DNA of 64,000 nt from Thermoproteota archaeon (GCA_020833005.1 JAJHRD010000002.1:70287-134286); one strand, 5' to 3'. Counted from the first letter of the stretch, positions 49,264 through 59,137 are shown. The notes: generated by a model from the letters alone, not told the origin. Numbers and translations are program-made.

Positions 49264-49363
49264 CGCCGGGGGCGGGATTCGAACCCGCGCGGCCTCAAAG
49301 GCCATCGGCTTTTCGCGGAAGACTTAGCAAGCCGACGCCCTAACCAGACTAGGCGACCCCGGC
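49264..49363 (-). tRNA. tRNA-Ser (GCT) with about 14-nt intron in the anticodon loop
   Basis: Reverse complement: acceptor GCCGGGG/CCCCGGC. Anticodon stem TCGGC/GCCGA enclosing ttGCTa + agtcttccgcgaaa + a. Long variable arm and T-arm GCGGG-TTCGAAT-CCCGC. Confidence 0.8.
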
Positions 49364-49423
49364 CCAAATATAGCTTTAAGAAAAGTTTCTTTTATCTGTT
49401 TCCTTCAAAATATGTGGAGATGT

Positions 49424-50386
49424 ATGTATAAAGTTATTGACTTATTCTGTGGTTGCGGAGGATTTGCAAGAGGATTCGTGGAGGAAGGGTTTGAAATATT
49501 GTTAGGTATAGATATAGATGAGAATTCACTAGCTACATATTCCAGTAATGTAAAAGGAGCCATTACATGGAGGATGGATTTAAGGGAAGTACACTCACAA
49601 GACATAACAAACATCATAGGCTCAAGCCCAGATGTGATCATAGGAAGCCCTCCATGCGAACCATTCACACCAGTTAACCATAAAAGAATGAAGAATGAGC
49701 TTGACAGACTATACATAGATGAAATGGGAAAACTAACATTACACTTCATACGTATAGTTGGAGATTTAAAACCAAAAATTTTCGTAATGGAAAACGTCCC
49801 ACAAATAGTTGAAGGAGAATTGAAGTGGGCATTAAAGTGGGAATTCAACAGAGTTGGATATAAGAGGGTATACTTCAATATACTCAGAGCAGAAGATTCA
49901 CAAACACCATCAATTAGAAGACGAATTTTCATATCAAACATACCAATTAAAATTAAACGTGAAAGTAAAAGGGTAAATGTGGAAGAAGCTCTGAGGGGAT
50001 TACCAGACCCGGAGGAGATGATAGACTACCCCAATCATGAAATAACACCATTAACTGAAAAGAAGATTAAGAAGATAGCTAAGCTAAGGTGGGGGGATGC
50101 TTTAATATTATTTAAGGGAGCTGATGGAAAAATATATAGGAATATGATTAGACTACATCCAAAACGGCTTGCACCAACGGTTATGGGAGGATCAAGATTT
50201 ATACATCCATACGAAAATAGGTTATTAACCGTTAGGGAGCAGGCGAGGCTAATGGGATTTCCAGACACCCACATATTCTACGGCTCAAGGGAAGAACAAT
50301 ACAACCAAATTGGAGAAGCTGTCCCTCCAACATTATCTAGGGCTATTGCGAAACAAATTAAAAGAGTACTTGATGAGGGATGGTAA
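49424..50386 (+). CDS. C5-cytosine methyltransferase (Dcm/COG0270-type), solitary
   Basis: Motif I VIDLFCGCGG, motif IV GSPPCEPFT, motif VI ENVPQ, motif IX RLLTVREQARLMGFPD, motif X QIGEAVPP. ATG 49424 preferred over ATG 49412. Confidence 0.85.
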   Translation: MYKVIDLFCGCGGFARGFVEEGFEILLGIDIDENSLATYSSNVKGAITWRMDLREVHSQDITNIIGSSPDVIIGSPPCEPFTPVNHKRMKNELDRLYIDEMGKLTLHFIRIVGDLKPKIFVMENVPQIVEGELKWALKWEFNRVGYKRVYFNILRAEDSQTPSIRRRIFISNIPIKIKRESKRVNVEEALRGLPDPEEMIDYPNHEITPLTEKKIKKIAKLRWGDALILFKGADGKIYRNMIRLHPKRLAPTVMGGSRFIHPYENRLLTVREQARLMGFPDTHIFYGSREEQYNQIGEAVPPTLSRAIAKQIKRVLDEGW

Positions 50387-50881
50387 ATGTACGAAAGAAT
50401 AAAGAACCTGATAATGACAATACATAACATAAGTTCACAACAAAGGTTAATTGAACTAGCAAAAGTATTCTATGGATTGGGATACAAGAATCTAGTAATA
50501 TCTAAAGCCACTGGAACAGCAGCTCAGATTGGAATACCAGAAGTACAAAAGATATCAATAAAAAATGGGGGGAAACTCATAATAACTGCAGACTTGGAAG
50601 ATGCAATAGAACTAATAAAACCAAACACGATAATCCTATTAACGCAAAAAGCGTACGGAAAAACCGCATATAAACCTGAAAACATTGCAGAGAAACTAAG
50701 TAGGGGGTTAACCGTAATGATAGTGATCGGAGGATTAGAACCTGGATTAACATCAAGAGATCTATCCTTAGGCGAACCCACATATATTCAAGGCATAGAA
50801 GGAGACTTAGGGTCAGTTGGATTGGCAACTATAGCCCTATATGAATTGAAAAAGCATATAGAAAATCATAAAACATGTTAA
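50387..50881 (+). CDS. Uncharacterised protein with SPOUT (SpoU/TrmH-like) motif pattern
   Basis: 164 aa. IHNISSQQRLIELAKVFYGLG, VMIVIGGLEPGLTSRDL and GDLGSVGLATIALYEL resemble SPOUT motifs 1-3. The ATG directly abuts the methyltransferase stop (TAAATG). Confidence 0.45.
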   Translation: MYERIKNLIMTIHNISSQQRLIELAKVFYGLGYKNLVISKATGTAAQIGIPEVQKISIKNGGKLIITADLEDAIELIKPNTIILLTQKAYGKTAYKPENIAEKLSRGLTVMIVIGGLEPGLTSRDLSLGEPTYIQGIEGDLGSVGLATIALYELKKHIENHKTC

Positions 50882-51306
50882 TGCAATATTAGGAATGGTC
50901 TAAACTTTAAAATATCCTTTAAAACTCTATCCACATAATCATTAAGATAATTCGCGACATCCTGTGTTGTGAGAACCCCATAGATAATCCCATCCCTAAC
51001 AACTGGAAGTTTACGAACCCTCTTCTCACTCATAATAGCGGCAGCCTCGCTTAAAGTGGCATCAGGATCGATAGTTAAAAGTGGGGTCGTCATAATATCA
51101 GATAACTTAGTGGTTTTAGGGTCTCTATCGGCAGCTAAAACCTTACTGATCAAATCCTCTTCAGTAACAATTCCAACAGGTTTACCGCCATCCAAAACAA
51201 TGATGTATGGAATCTTCTTCTCAACCATAAGCTTTGCAGCTTCAAAAACGCTCAAATTCTTGTCAGCAGATAAAATAACCCTAGACATATAATCTTTAAC
51301 AGACAT
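50878..51306 (-). CDS. CBS-domain pair protein
   Basis: 142 aa with two CBS repeats (VGIVTEEDLISKV; IYGVLTTQDVANYL). Confidence 0.8.
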   Translation of the reverse strand: MSVKDYMSRVILSADKNLSVFEAAKLMVEKKIPYIIVLDGGKPVGIVTEEDLISKVLAADRDPKTTKLSDIMTTPLLTIDPDATLSEAAAIMSEKRVRKLPVVRDGIIYGVLTTQDVANYLNDYVDRVLKDILKFRPFLILH

Positions 51307-51483
51307 ATTTAAATCACTAAAATAATTTAAAGATAATATTGAAATATAAAGTTTGACTTACAAAACGATAATAAGAATTCTGATTCAATTACAGAATTAT
51401 CAAATAATTATGCAAAAACAGCACATGTAAGTTTAAGGGGATGATCATTCTTTGTAAAGATGGAAGTTTCCTTTTCTGTCTGA

Positions 51484-51560
51484 TGGTGGGCGGGCTGGGA
51501 TTCGAACCCAGGACCACCGCCGTGTCAGGGCGGTATCCTAACCAGCTAGACGACCCGCCC
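51484..51560 (-). tRNA. tRNA-Val (GAC), CCA encoded
   Basis: Reverse complement: acceptor GGGCGGG/CCCGCCC, anticodon stem CCGCC/GGCGG, loop ctGACac, T-arm CTGGG-TTCGAAT-CCCAG, A + CCA. Confidence 0.9.
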
Positions 51561-51671
51561 CCTCTCATACTTACATAGGACTGAAATTAAATAAACTTTT
51601 TTTGTTATATCCCTTTTTATTTGGAATTGTTAAGTTCAAAATTTTATATCTATGAGGTAATTTATATTATT

Positions 51672-51745
51672 GGGCCGGTAGCTCAGCCTGGAAGAGCATC
51701 CGCCTCGCACGCGGGAGGTCGCGGGTTCAAATCCCGCCCGGTCCA
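51672..51745 (+). tRNA. tRNA-Ala (CGC)
   Basis: Same body as tRNA-Ala(GGC), including G3:U70. Anticodon loop ctCGCac. Confidence 0.9.
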
Positions 51746-51895
51746 CTAAACTTGAACCTAATAGACCCCTAAAGTATAGATGACTATTTATAGTGTCATC
51801 ATAGGTCATTTGTAAGAAATGATGCACTGAAAATGATGTTAACAGGATTTAAAGGCATTAAATAGTTGTGCATTTATAGGCGATATTCTCCAGCT

Positions 51896-53275
51896 CTATA
51901 TTTTCTTGCCTGGATTCATGATGTTGTATGGGTCTAGAGTCTGCTTTATCATTGATAGTAATTTTAATGTGTTTGCATCTATTTCAAGAGGCAGATACTG
52001 TTTTTTAGCTATGCCAATACCATGTTCTCCACTTAAAGCACCATTATTTTTTACTGCTATCTTGAATATGTTTTCTTTAATTTTCTCTATTTCAGGGGTT
52101 AGAGATTTCTCCTTTGGAACTAGTATGCTTGGATGTAAATGTCCATCACCAGCATGTCCAAAAACAGCGATATTTACATTGAATTTACTGCTTAATGATT
52201 TTATTTCCATAATCGTTTTCGGGAGTAGAGATACTGGCACTATAATATCTTCATCTATTCTACCACCGTAAACCTTTTCAAGGGATTCTCCAGCAAGCTT
52301 CCTTTTCCTCCACATTTCATCAGCATTATAATATACATGAACATTTTCATCAGGTATTCCAAGGTTTTTTAGATAAGACGCCAGAGCTTCAAGCTTATTA
52401 TCCATATCGTTACTTGAGAAGGCCTCAATCTCCAATAGTATTATTGCATCCGATTCTGGGAGACTTGCATTATACGCTTTGTTTATAGCAGCTATGGTTA
52501 TATCATCCATTAACTCTATTGCAGAAATGTCTATGTTTAGTTTTGTCAACGCAACTATAATTTCGCCTGCATTTTCCAAATTATTGCTGGATATGGATAC
52601 TCCAATTCTATATTGCGGTTTAGGGGCAACCCTCAACAATGCTTTAGTTATTATCCCAAGAGTCCCCTCACTACCAACAATAAGTGACACTAAATTGTAT
52701 GCGGACACCCACTTCTTTGTCCTTGAACCAATCCACACCTTACCAACAGAGGAAGTTATAACTTCCAACCCTAAAACCCAATTTTTAATGGTGCCATATT
52801 TGTAACTGCGAGGGCCAGCAGAATTTTCAGCAAGCATCCCACCTATAGTGCATTGATCTCCAGTTGCAGGATTTGGGGGTAAGAATAGGTTATATTTAGA
52901 TAGAAAGTCATTTAAATTGTCATATATGACTCCAGGCTCCACCAAAACTTGCAAATTATTTAAATCGAATTCCAAAATCCTATTCATCCGTTTAAAATCC
53001 ACAATTATTCCACCAAATATTGGGACACTACCACCGCTAAGTGAAGTCCCGCCACCTCTAGGAATAAGTGGAATTCTAAATTCCTTAGCCACCTCAACCA
53101 ATTTTTCCACTTCTTCAGAAGTTTCAGGTATTACCGCAAGAGATGGTTTACCTTTAATGTATGATTGATCCTCCTCATATTGTTTTAAGATTTCCTCATC
53201 AATAATGATCCTATCCCCAAATATGCTTCTCAACTTGGATAAACACAGTTCACTAACACCACGCATAAGGCTCAC
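51896..53275 (-). CDS. FAD-linked oxidase (GlcD / D-lactate dehydrogenase family)
   Basis: 459 aa. FAD-binding PCMH domain (PRGGGTSLSGG) and a C-terminal GEHGIG...LDP.NIMNPGK pattern. Confidence 0.8.
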   Translation of the reverse strand: MSLMRGVSELCLSKLRSIFGDRIIIDEEILKQYEEDQSYIKGKPSLAVIPETSEEVEKLVEVAKEFRIPLIPRGGGTSLSGGSVPIFGGIIVDFKRMNRILEFDLNNLQVLVEPGVIYDNLNDFLSKYNLFLPPNPATGDQCTIGGMLAENSAGPRSYKYGTIKNWVLGLEVITSSVGKVWIGSRTKKWVSAYNLVSLIVGSEGTLGIITKALLRVAPKPQYRIGVSISSNNLENAGEIIVALTKLNIDISAIELMDDITIAAINKAYNASLPESDAIILLEIEAFSSNDMDNKLEALASYLKNLGIPDENVHVYYNADEMWRKRKLAGESLEKVYGGRIDEDIIVPVSLLPKTIMEIKSLSSKFNVNIAVFGHAGDGHLHPSILVPKEKSLTPEIEKIKENIFKIAVKNNGALSGEHGIGIAKKQYLPLEIDANTLKLLSMIKQTLDPYNIMNPGKKI

Positions 53276-53367
53276 CCATCACAGCAATATTCGATGTTAA
53301 ATTTATTAATGTTTGGTAAATAACATTATCCTTCCACATTGGCATTGTAAAAGAGAAAGTTTAGATG

Positions 53368-53442
53368 TGGGCCCGGTGGGATTTGAACCCACGACCCCCC
53401 GGTTATCAGCCGAGTGCTCTAACCATGCTGAGCTACGGGCCC
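53368..53442 (-). tRNA. tRNA-Ile (GAT)
   Basis: Reverse complement: acceptor GGGCCCG/CGGGCCC, anticodon stem CTCGG/CCGGG, loop ctGATaa, T-arm GTGGG-TTCAAAT-CCCAC. Confidence 0.9.
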
Positions 53443-53510
53443 ATGCAGACAATATATCTATCTACAAAAATTTAAGATTTCATTTCATAATAAATTCTTT
53501 TTGGACGCAC

Positions 53511-54413
53511 ATGTATGATGAGGAGTATATTGAAAAAACTTTGAAGGCTGGTGAAATTGTAAATAGAGTTTTAAGGGATTTACCAAGAATGGTGAAGCCT
53601 GGAGTAAAAGTTTTTGATTTATGTGAGAAGATAGAGAATCTAATAATTGAGGGAGGAGGGAAGCCAGCTTTCCCATGCAACATATCCATAAACAACATAG
53701 CAGCCCATTATACAGCGTTTCCAGAAGATCAATCAATAATTCCAGATGATGCGGTGGTTAAGGTTGATATAGGTGCCCATTTTGATGGTTACATAGTGGA
53801 TGCGGCAACCACCATATCATTCAACAGCAAGTACGATGACATGGTTGAAGCGAGTAGGATAGCTTTGAAGAATGCATTGAAAGTAATTAAGCCGGGGGTA
53901 AGGGTGAGCACAGTGTCAAAGGAAATTGAAAGGACAATTAGTGGATTTGGGTATAAGCCAATAAGCAATTTAACGGGACATATGCTTAAACGATACATAT
54001 TGCATGGCGGGAAAAATATACCTAATGTTTATGGGGAATATCCATGGATCATGGAGGAAGGGGAGATATATGCAATTGAACCATTCGCTACTGATGGTAT
54101 AGGTAGCGTTACTGAAATGCAACAAGCATACATATACTCTTTAGCAAAAGTACATTCTGGAAGAACAAGACTGGAAAAAGAATTATTAAGGTACATTTAT
54201 GACAACTTTAAAACACTTCCATTCTGCGAAAGGTGGTTGAAAAATTTTAATGTGAAGCAGGAAAATATAAGGGAAATAATTTATAGATTGGTTGAGAATG
54301 GGGCATTAAACATTTATCCAGTTTTGAGAGAAGTTAAGAATGGTATAGTAACTCAATTTGAAACAACAGTGATAGTTTCAAAAGAGGGACCAATAATAAC
54401 TACGGAAATGTGA
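53511..54413 (+). CDS. map: Methionine aminopeptidase, type 2 (archaeal)
   Basis: 300 aa from ATG 53511 (MYDEEYIEKTLKAGEI...). Pita-bread fold with the inserted helical domain. The N-terminal 66 codons of the track ORF run antisense through tRNA-Ile and are rejected. Confidence 0.9.
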   Translation: MYDEEYIEKTLKAGEIVNRVLRDLPRMVKPGVKVFDLCEKIENLIIEGGGKPAFPCNISINNIAAHYTAFPEDQSIIPDDAVVKVDIGAHFDGYIVDAATTISFNSKYDDMVEASRIALKNALKVIKPGVRVSTVSKEIERTISGFGYKPISNLTGHMLKRYILHGGKNIPNVYGEYPWIMEEGEIYAIEPFATDGIGSVTEMQQAYIYSLAKVHSGRTRLEKELLRYIYDNFKTLPFCERWLKNFNVKQENIREIIYRLVENGALNIYPVLREVKNGIVTQFETTVIVSKEGPIITTEM

Positions 54414-54417
54414 GGAG

Positions 54418-57400
54418 TTACCATAATTTCCATAAGAGGCCATCCATATATTCATTCAGAGAACGAATAGTCATGTATTTCACTTGCTTCATAGCTTTAA
54501 CCAGTGCTTTAGCCAATTCAACGGTTGTTATCAGTGGGATATTGAACTCCACAGCTATACGTCTAAGCTTATATTCATCATGATACTCTTTGTAGTGGGA
54601 GTTATTTTTAGAGCATACATTTATTACAATGTCCACCATCCTCCTCTTAATAACATTTATTGGCGCATTATCTTCATTAAAAACGGCGATTTCATAAGGA
54701 GGTGCATATTGACCATTGAAGCAATCATTTAATAGTTCAAAAGTACGTTTAGTGAGGTATACTTTAAAACCAATTCTAATTAAATCAGCAATTATTTCTT
54801 TAATGTCGTTTATCTTCGTATTGTCACTAATACTTAACAAAACGGTACCATTTCTAATTGGTAAGTTAAGTTCTGCTGCGTGAAGAGCCTTCAATAATGC
54901 GTCAGCAAAGTTCTCACCCAAACATGCCACTTCACCTGTACTCCTCATCTCCACTCCAAGCACGGGATCTGCACCGGATAATCTCATAAAACTAAACTGG
55001 GGAACTTTGACACCCACATGAGGTATTGGTGGTAACTCAAATATTCCAATATCCCTAAACCTTTTACCTAAAATTGCCATTGCCGCTAAATCTATTAAAT
55101 TTACACCAACAGTTTTACTTGTATATGGGAATGACCTTGAAGCCCTCAAGTTACATTCAATTACATAAACAACGTTATCTTTTACCAAAAACTGAATGTT
55201 AAATGGTCCAACAATCTTAAGCCTCCTAGCTATTTTACTAGAGTAATCTCTGATAACATTTATGATTGAGGGCGCTAGAGTTTGAGGTGGCATACACATG
55301 GTTGCATCACCACTATGCACCCCAGCCTCCTCCACATGCTCAATAATGGCACCTATAATGACATCATCGCCATCAGAAACGCCGTCAACCTCCACTTCCT
55401 TGGCTCCACTAATAAATTTTGAAATCACCACAGGATGTTCTGGGGAAACTTTAGTGGCGAGGGATAAATATTCTTCTAATTCCTTCTCATCATAAGCTAC
55501 ACGCATACTTGAACCTGATAAAACGTAACTTGGCCTTATTATTACGGGGTAACCGATCTTGGAAGCAAATAGTTTTGCTTCATCAATCGTTTTAAAAGAG
55601 CCCCAAGCAGGTTGAGGTATTTGTAATTCATCTAATATGGAGCTAAATTTAGCTCTATCCTCGGCCATATCAATACTTATAGGCGAAGTACCGAGAATAT
55701 TAACACCATTCATACTCAACTTCAAAGCAAGATTATTGGGTATTTGACCACCTACAGAAACTATTACTCCAATAGGTTTCTCAAATTCATAAATATCTAA
55801 AATTCTCTCTAAACTCAATTCCTCAAAGTAAAGCTTGTCTGAAACATCATAATCCGTTGAAACGGTTTCAGGATTGTAATTTATCAATATAACCTCCTTA
55901 ATACCATGCTTCTTTAAAGCCCAAACCATATTCACTGCACACCAATCAAACTCAACGCTAGATCCTATTCTAAACACACCAGAACCTAAAACTATGATCT
56001 TACTTTTTTCAGGTGAACTTTCTGTTGTTATGTCATTTTCATCCCCACAATATGTTAAGTATAGGTAATTGGTTTTCGCAGGCCATTCAGCAGCTAAAGT
56101 ATCTATTTGCTTTACACAAGGAAAAATTCCAAACTTTTTCCTTAACATTCGCACATAATCTTCTGCAACTCCCAAGCATAACGCTATTTGCTTATCTGAA
56201 AAACCAAGCCGTTTTGCTTCTTTTATTAATACCGCGATATTCTTGTCATTTATATTTGCTTTACGGAGTTTCTCCTCCATATCTACAATGTTTTTAATTT
56301 TATATAAGTAGAAGGGGTCTATGCCGCTAAGCTCATATATCTTTTCGATACTAACACCAAGTTTTATGGCTTTAACTATCTTGAATATTCTATCATCTCT
56401 TGGATGGGAAATTGCATATAGAATGTCTTCAAGCGATTCACATTCATTTTCATCAGTATTACACACTAAACCATTTTTCCCAATATCCAGCATTCTAATG
56501 GCTTTTTGTAATGCTTCTTCAAAACATCTCCCAATGGCCATAACTTCTCCTACAGACTTCATCTGAGTGCCTAAACTTCGATCTACACCAACAAACTTTT
56601 GAAAATCCCATCTTGGAAATTTAACAACCACATAATCCAAGGCTGGTTCAAAACATGCCGTTGTAACCTTTGTCACTTTATTGATAAGTTCTGGCAATAA
56701 GTAGCCTATCGACAACTTGGCAGATATATATGCAAGCGGATATCCAGTGGCTTTACTAGCCAAAGCAGAACTCCTCGACATACGCGCATTAACCTCAATA
56801 ACCCTAAATTCCTCAGAATTAGGATCCAAAGCCCATTGAATATTACATTCACCAACTATTCCTAAACTTTGAATAACCCTAATCGATGCAGACCTTAGAA
56901 TATGATATTCGCGATTAGTAAGAGTTTGTGATGGAGCAACAACAATAGAGTCTCCAGTATGTATCCCCATTGGATCCACATTCTCCATACAACAAACAGC
57001 AATGCAGTTATTCGCATAATCACGCATCATTTCGAATTCTATCTCTTTCCAATGCTCCAAATATTCTTCCACGAGAACTTGGGAGATGGCGCTTTGAGTT
57101 AATGCACGCTCAACGATTTCAATCAATTCTGAATCATTATGGGCTACTCCAGAGCCTTTCCCACCAAGAGTGTATGCCACCCTCACCACAACGGGATAAC
57201 CTATATCTTTAGCTGCTTTCAAAGCTTCTTCAACGGAGGTTGCGGAGAAACTTCTAGGTACAGGGATTCCCGCATTTATCATTGCATTTTTAAATAGCTC
57301 CCTATCTTCAGTTTTCTCTATGGCATCTATAGGCGTACCTAAAACCTTAACGTTATATTTATCGAGAATACCCATTTTAGACAATTGTACGCCACAATTC

Positions 57401-57687
57401 AATGCCGTTTGACCTCCAAAGCCGAGTAGAATACCATCAGGCTTCTCTTTCTTAATAACCTCCTCCACATAAAATGGAGTTACAGGTAGAAGGTATATTT
57501 TGTTTGCAAGCTTAGGATCTGTTTGTATTGTTGCAACATTTGGATTCACCAGTATAGTCTCAATCCCCTCCTCCCTCAAAGCCTTCAAACACTGACTACC
57601 AGAGTAATCAAATTCTGCTGCTTCACCAATCTTTATAGCTCCACTCCCCAATATCAGCACTTTTCGAATACCATCAAGTTTAGGCAT
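54418..57687 (-). CDS. carB: Carbamoyl-phosphate synthase large subunit
   Basis: 1089 aa with duplicated ATP-grasp halves (KVLILGSGAIKIGEAAEFDYSG...; KIIVLGSGVFRIGSSVEFDW...) and a C-terminal MGS-like domain. Confidence 0.95.
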   Translation of the reverse strand: MPKLDGIRKVLILGSGAIKIGEAAEFDYSGSQCLKALREEGIETILVNPNVATIQTDPKLANKIYLLPVTPFYVEEVIKKEKPDGILLGFGGQTALNCGVQLSKMGILDKYNVKVLGTPIDAIEKTEDRELFKNAMINAGIPVPRSFSATSVEEALKAAKDIGYPVVVRVAYTLGGKGSGVAHNDSELIEIVERALTQSAISQVLVEEYLEHWKEIEFEMMRDYANNCIAVCCMENVDPMGIHTGDSIVVAPSQTLTNREYHILRSASIRVIQSLGIVGECNIQWALDPNSEEFRVIEVNARMSRSSALASKATGYPLAYISAKLSIGYLLPELINKVTKVTTACFEPALDYVVVKFPRWDFQKFVGVDRSLGTQMKSVGEVMAIGRCFEEALQKAIRMLDIGKNGLVCNTDENECESLEDILYAISHPRDDRIFKIVKAIKLGVSIEKIYELSGIDPFYLYKIKNIVDMEEKLRKANINDKNIAVLIKEAKRLGFSDKQIALCLGVAEDYVRMLRKKFGIFPCVKQIDTLAAEWPAKTNYLYLTYCGDENDITTESSPEKSKIIVLGSGVFRIGSSVEFDWCAVNMVWALKKHGIKEVILINYNPETVSTDYDVSDKLYFEELSLERILDIYEFEKPIGVIVSVGGQIPNNLALKLSMNGVNILGTSPISIDMAEDRAKFSSILDELQIPQPAWGSFKTIDEAKLFASKIGYPVIIRPSYVLSGSSMRVAYDEKELEEYLSLATKVSPEHPVVISKFISGAKEVEVDGVSDGDDVIIGAIIEHVEEAGVHSGDATMCMPPQTLAPSIINVIRDYSSKIARRLKIVGPFNIQFLVKDNVVYVIECNLRASRSFPYTSKTVGVNLIDLAAMAILGKRFRDIGIFELPPIPHVGVKVPQFSFMRLSGADPVLGVEMRSTGEVACLGENFADALLKALHAAELNLPIRNGTVLLSISDNTKINDIKEIIADLIRIGFKVYLTKRTFELLNDCFNGQYAPPYEIAVFNEDNAPINVIKRRMVDIVINVCSKNNSHYKEYHDEYKLRRIAVEFNIPLITTVELAKALVKAMKQVKYMTIRSLNEYMDGLLWKLW

Positions 57688-57691
57688 GAAA

Positions 57692-58825
57692 TCACCTCAG
57701 CATTCTTATAAATACATCAAAGAAGAAACATGTATCGAGGGGGCCTGGAGAACCTTCAGGATGCCATTGAACGGAAAAAGCATCTTTCTCCACATGCCTT
57801 ATTCCTTCAACAGTTCCATCATTAGCATTTACATACCAAACTTTCAACTTGGTATCTTTCAATGACGAAGCATCCACAGCAAACCCATGATTTTGAGAAG
57901 TTATAAAGCAAGTATTATTTTCAATATTTAGTACTGGCTGATTTTGAGATCTGTGACCATACTTCAATTTATACGTCGAACCACCCAAAGCTAAAGCGAG
58001 TATTTGATTTCCAAGGCAAATCCCAAAGGTGGGAATACCACTATCAACAATTTCCCTTACAGTTGCAATAGTTTCAGTTAATAATGCTGGATCACCAGGA
58101 CCATTGCTTATTAAAACACCATGAGGCTTATAAGATAAAATATCTTCAAATGGGAAGTTATATGGAACTCTAATAACATTAACCCCTCTTCTCAAAAGGT
58201 TGCGAATTATACTCAACTTAACTCCACAATCTATCACGACAACATTCTTATCGCTACCAATATGGTAGGATATAGGCTCTTTAATGGAAACTTTTTCCAC
58301 AAGATTACTTTCAATCGGATTAGCTGAGCACTTCAATTCCTCAAATAATTTCCCAGAATCAACAGATACACATTCATCAAACACGTAAAGTAAACCCATC
58401 ATAACACCTTTGGACCTTAATTTCTTAGTAATACTCCTAGTATCAACGCCAAAAATACCTGGAACACCATTTTCAAGCAACCACTCATTAAAAGATTTAG
58501 AGGAAGCCCAATGTGAGGGCATAGTACATAAATCACTAATGACAACACCCGAAACTTTTATACCAAATGACTCGAAGTATAGAGGTATGTTAAACTCGTC
58601 AACTAAGTCTAATGATGGAACACCATAATTTCCAATCAATGGGTATGTAAACAATAAAATTTGACCCATATATGAGGGGTCGGTTAAAGCTTCAGTATAT
58701 CCAACCATAGAAGTCGAAAAAACAACTTCCCCTACAACCTTAGTGGAAGCGCCGAATCCATAACCAACATAAGTAGAGCCATCCTCAAGAATTAGCACAG
58801 CCCTTTTAAATATTGTCTCAGTCAT
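57692..58825 (-). CDS. carA: Carbamoyl-phosphate synthase small (glutaminase) subunit
   Basis: AVLILEDGS N-terminal domain and a class I GATase triad region (GICLGNQ...; HGF...; VQWHPE). The start is ATG 58825 or TTG 58846. Confidence 0.9.
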   Translation of the reverse strand: MTETIFKRAVLILEDGSTYVGYGFGASTKVVGEVVFSTSMVGYTEALTDPSYMGQILLFTYPLIGNYGVPSLDLVDEFNIPLYFESFGIKVSGVVISDLCTMPSHWASSKSFNEWLLENGVPGIFGVDTRSITKKLRSKGVMMGLLYVFDECVSVDSGKLFEELKCSANPIESNLVEKVSIKEPISYHIGSDKNVVVIDCGVKLSIIRNLLRRGVNVIRVPYNFPFEDILSYKPHGVLISNGPGDPALLTETIATVREIVDSGIPTFGICLGNQILALALGGSTYKLKYGHRSQNQPVLNIENNTCFITSQNHGFAVDASSLKDTKLKVWYVNANDGTVEGIRHVEKDAFSVQWHPEGSPGPLDTCFFFDVFIRMLR

Positions 58826-59062
58826 TGGAATGTTTTCAGCCTCCAAGAACTTGAAGAGAAAGACGCTTTAAATTTTATGTTACAAATGTAACGAGAAGGG
58901 GATTCATCAGAAAATAAGAGCATCATCGTAAGAATGACATTAGGATTGCCATGAACCCTAGAAATAAAAATGTTACCTAATAAACGTCATTTCATCATCA
59001 CAAATTATAAAAATGGTTCCTCAAATTCAGAGTAAAAATATTAAGTTTATGTAATGTTTTGA

Positions 59063-59137
59063 AGCCTCGGGCGGGATTCGAACCCGCGACCTACGCCTTA
59101 CCAAGGCGCCGCTCTAACCAGGCTGAGCTACCGAGGC
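59063..59137 (-). tRNA. tRNA-Thr (GGT)
   Basis: Reverse complement: acceptor GCCTCGG/CCGAGGC, anticodon stem GCGCC/GGCGT, loop ttGGTaa, T-arm GCGGG-TTCGAAT-CCCGC. Confidence 0.9.

Noticed and set aside
50387-50881. The 164-aa ORF after the cytosine methyltransferase as a Vsr-like mismatch endonuclease or small restriction enzyme, by analogy with the bacterial dcm-vsr overlap.
   Set aside because: It shows no resemblance to Vsr as I recall it and no PD-(D/E)xK-type motif. The conserved blocks fit a SPOUT methyltransferase pattern better.
49264-51560. Possible integrated mobile element carrying the C5 methyltransferase, bounded by tRNA-Ser and tRNA-Val.
   Set aside because: There is no integrase, transposase or other viral or plasmid gene. 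I found no partial duplication of either tRNA 3' half (att-like direct repeat) in 49364-49423 or 51307-51486. The composition looks like the rest of the window.
58900-59005. Minus-strand GTGATGATGA ... CGATGATGC-10 nt-CTGA arrangement between tRNA-Thr(GGT) and carA as a C/D box sRNA.
   Set aside because: The C-like and D boxes are about 100 nt apart, far longer than archaeal C/D sRNAs. There is no D' box at the right spacing. The region is AT-rich promoter-like DNA for carA.
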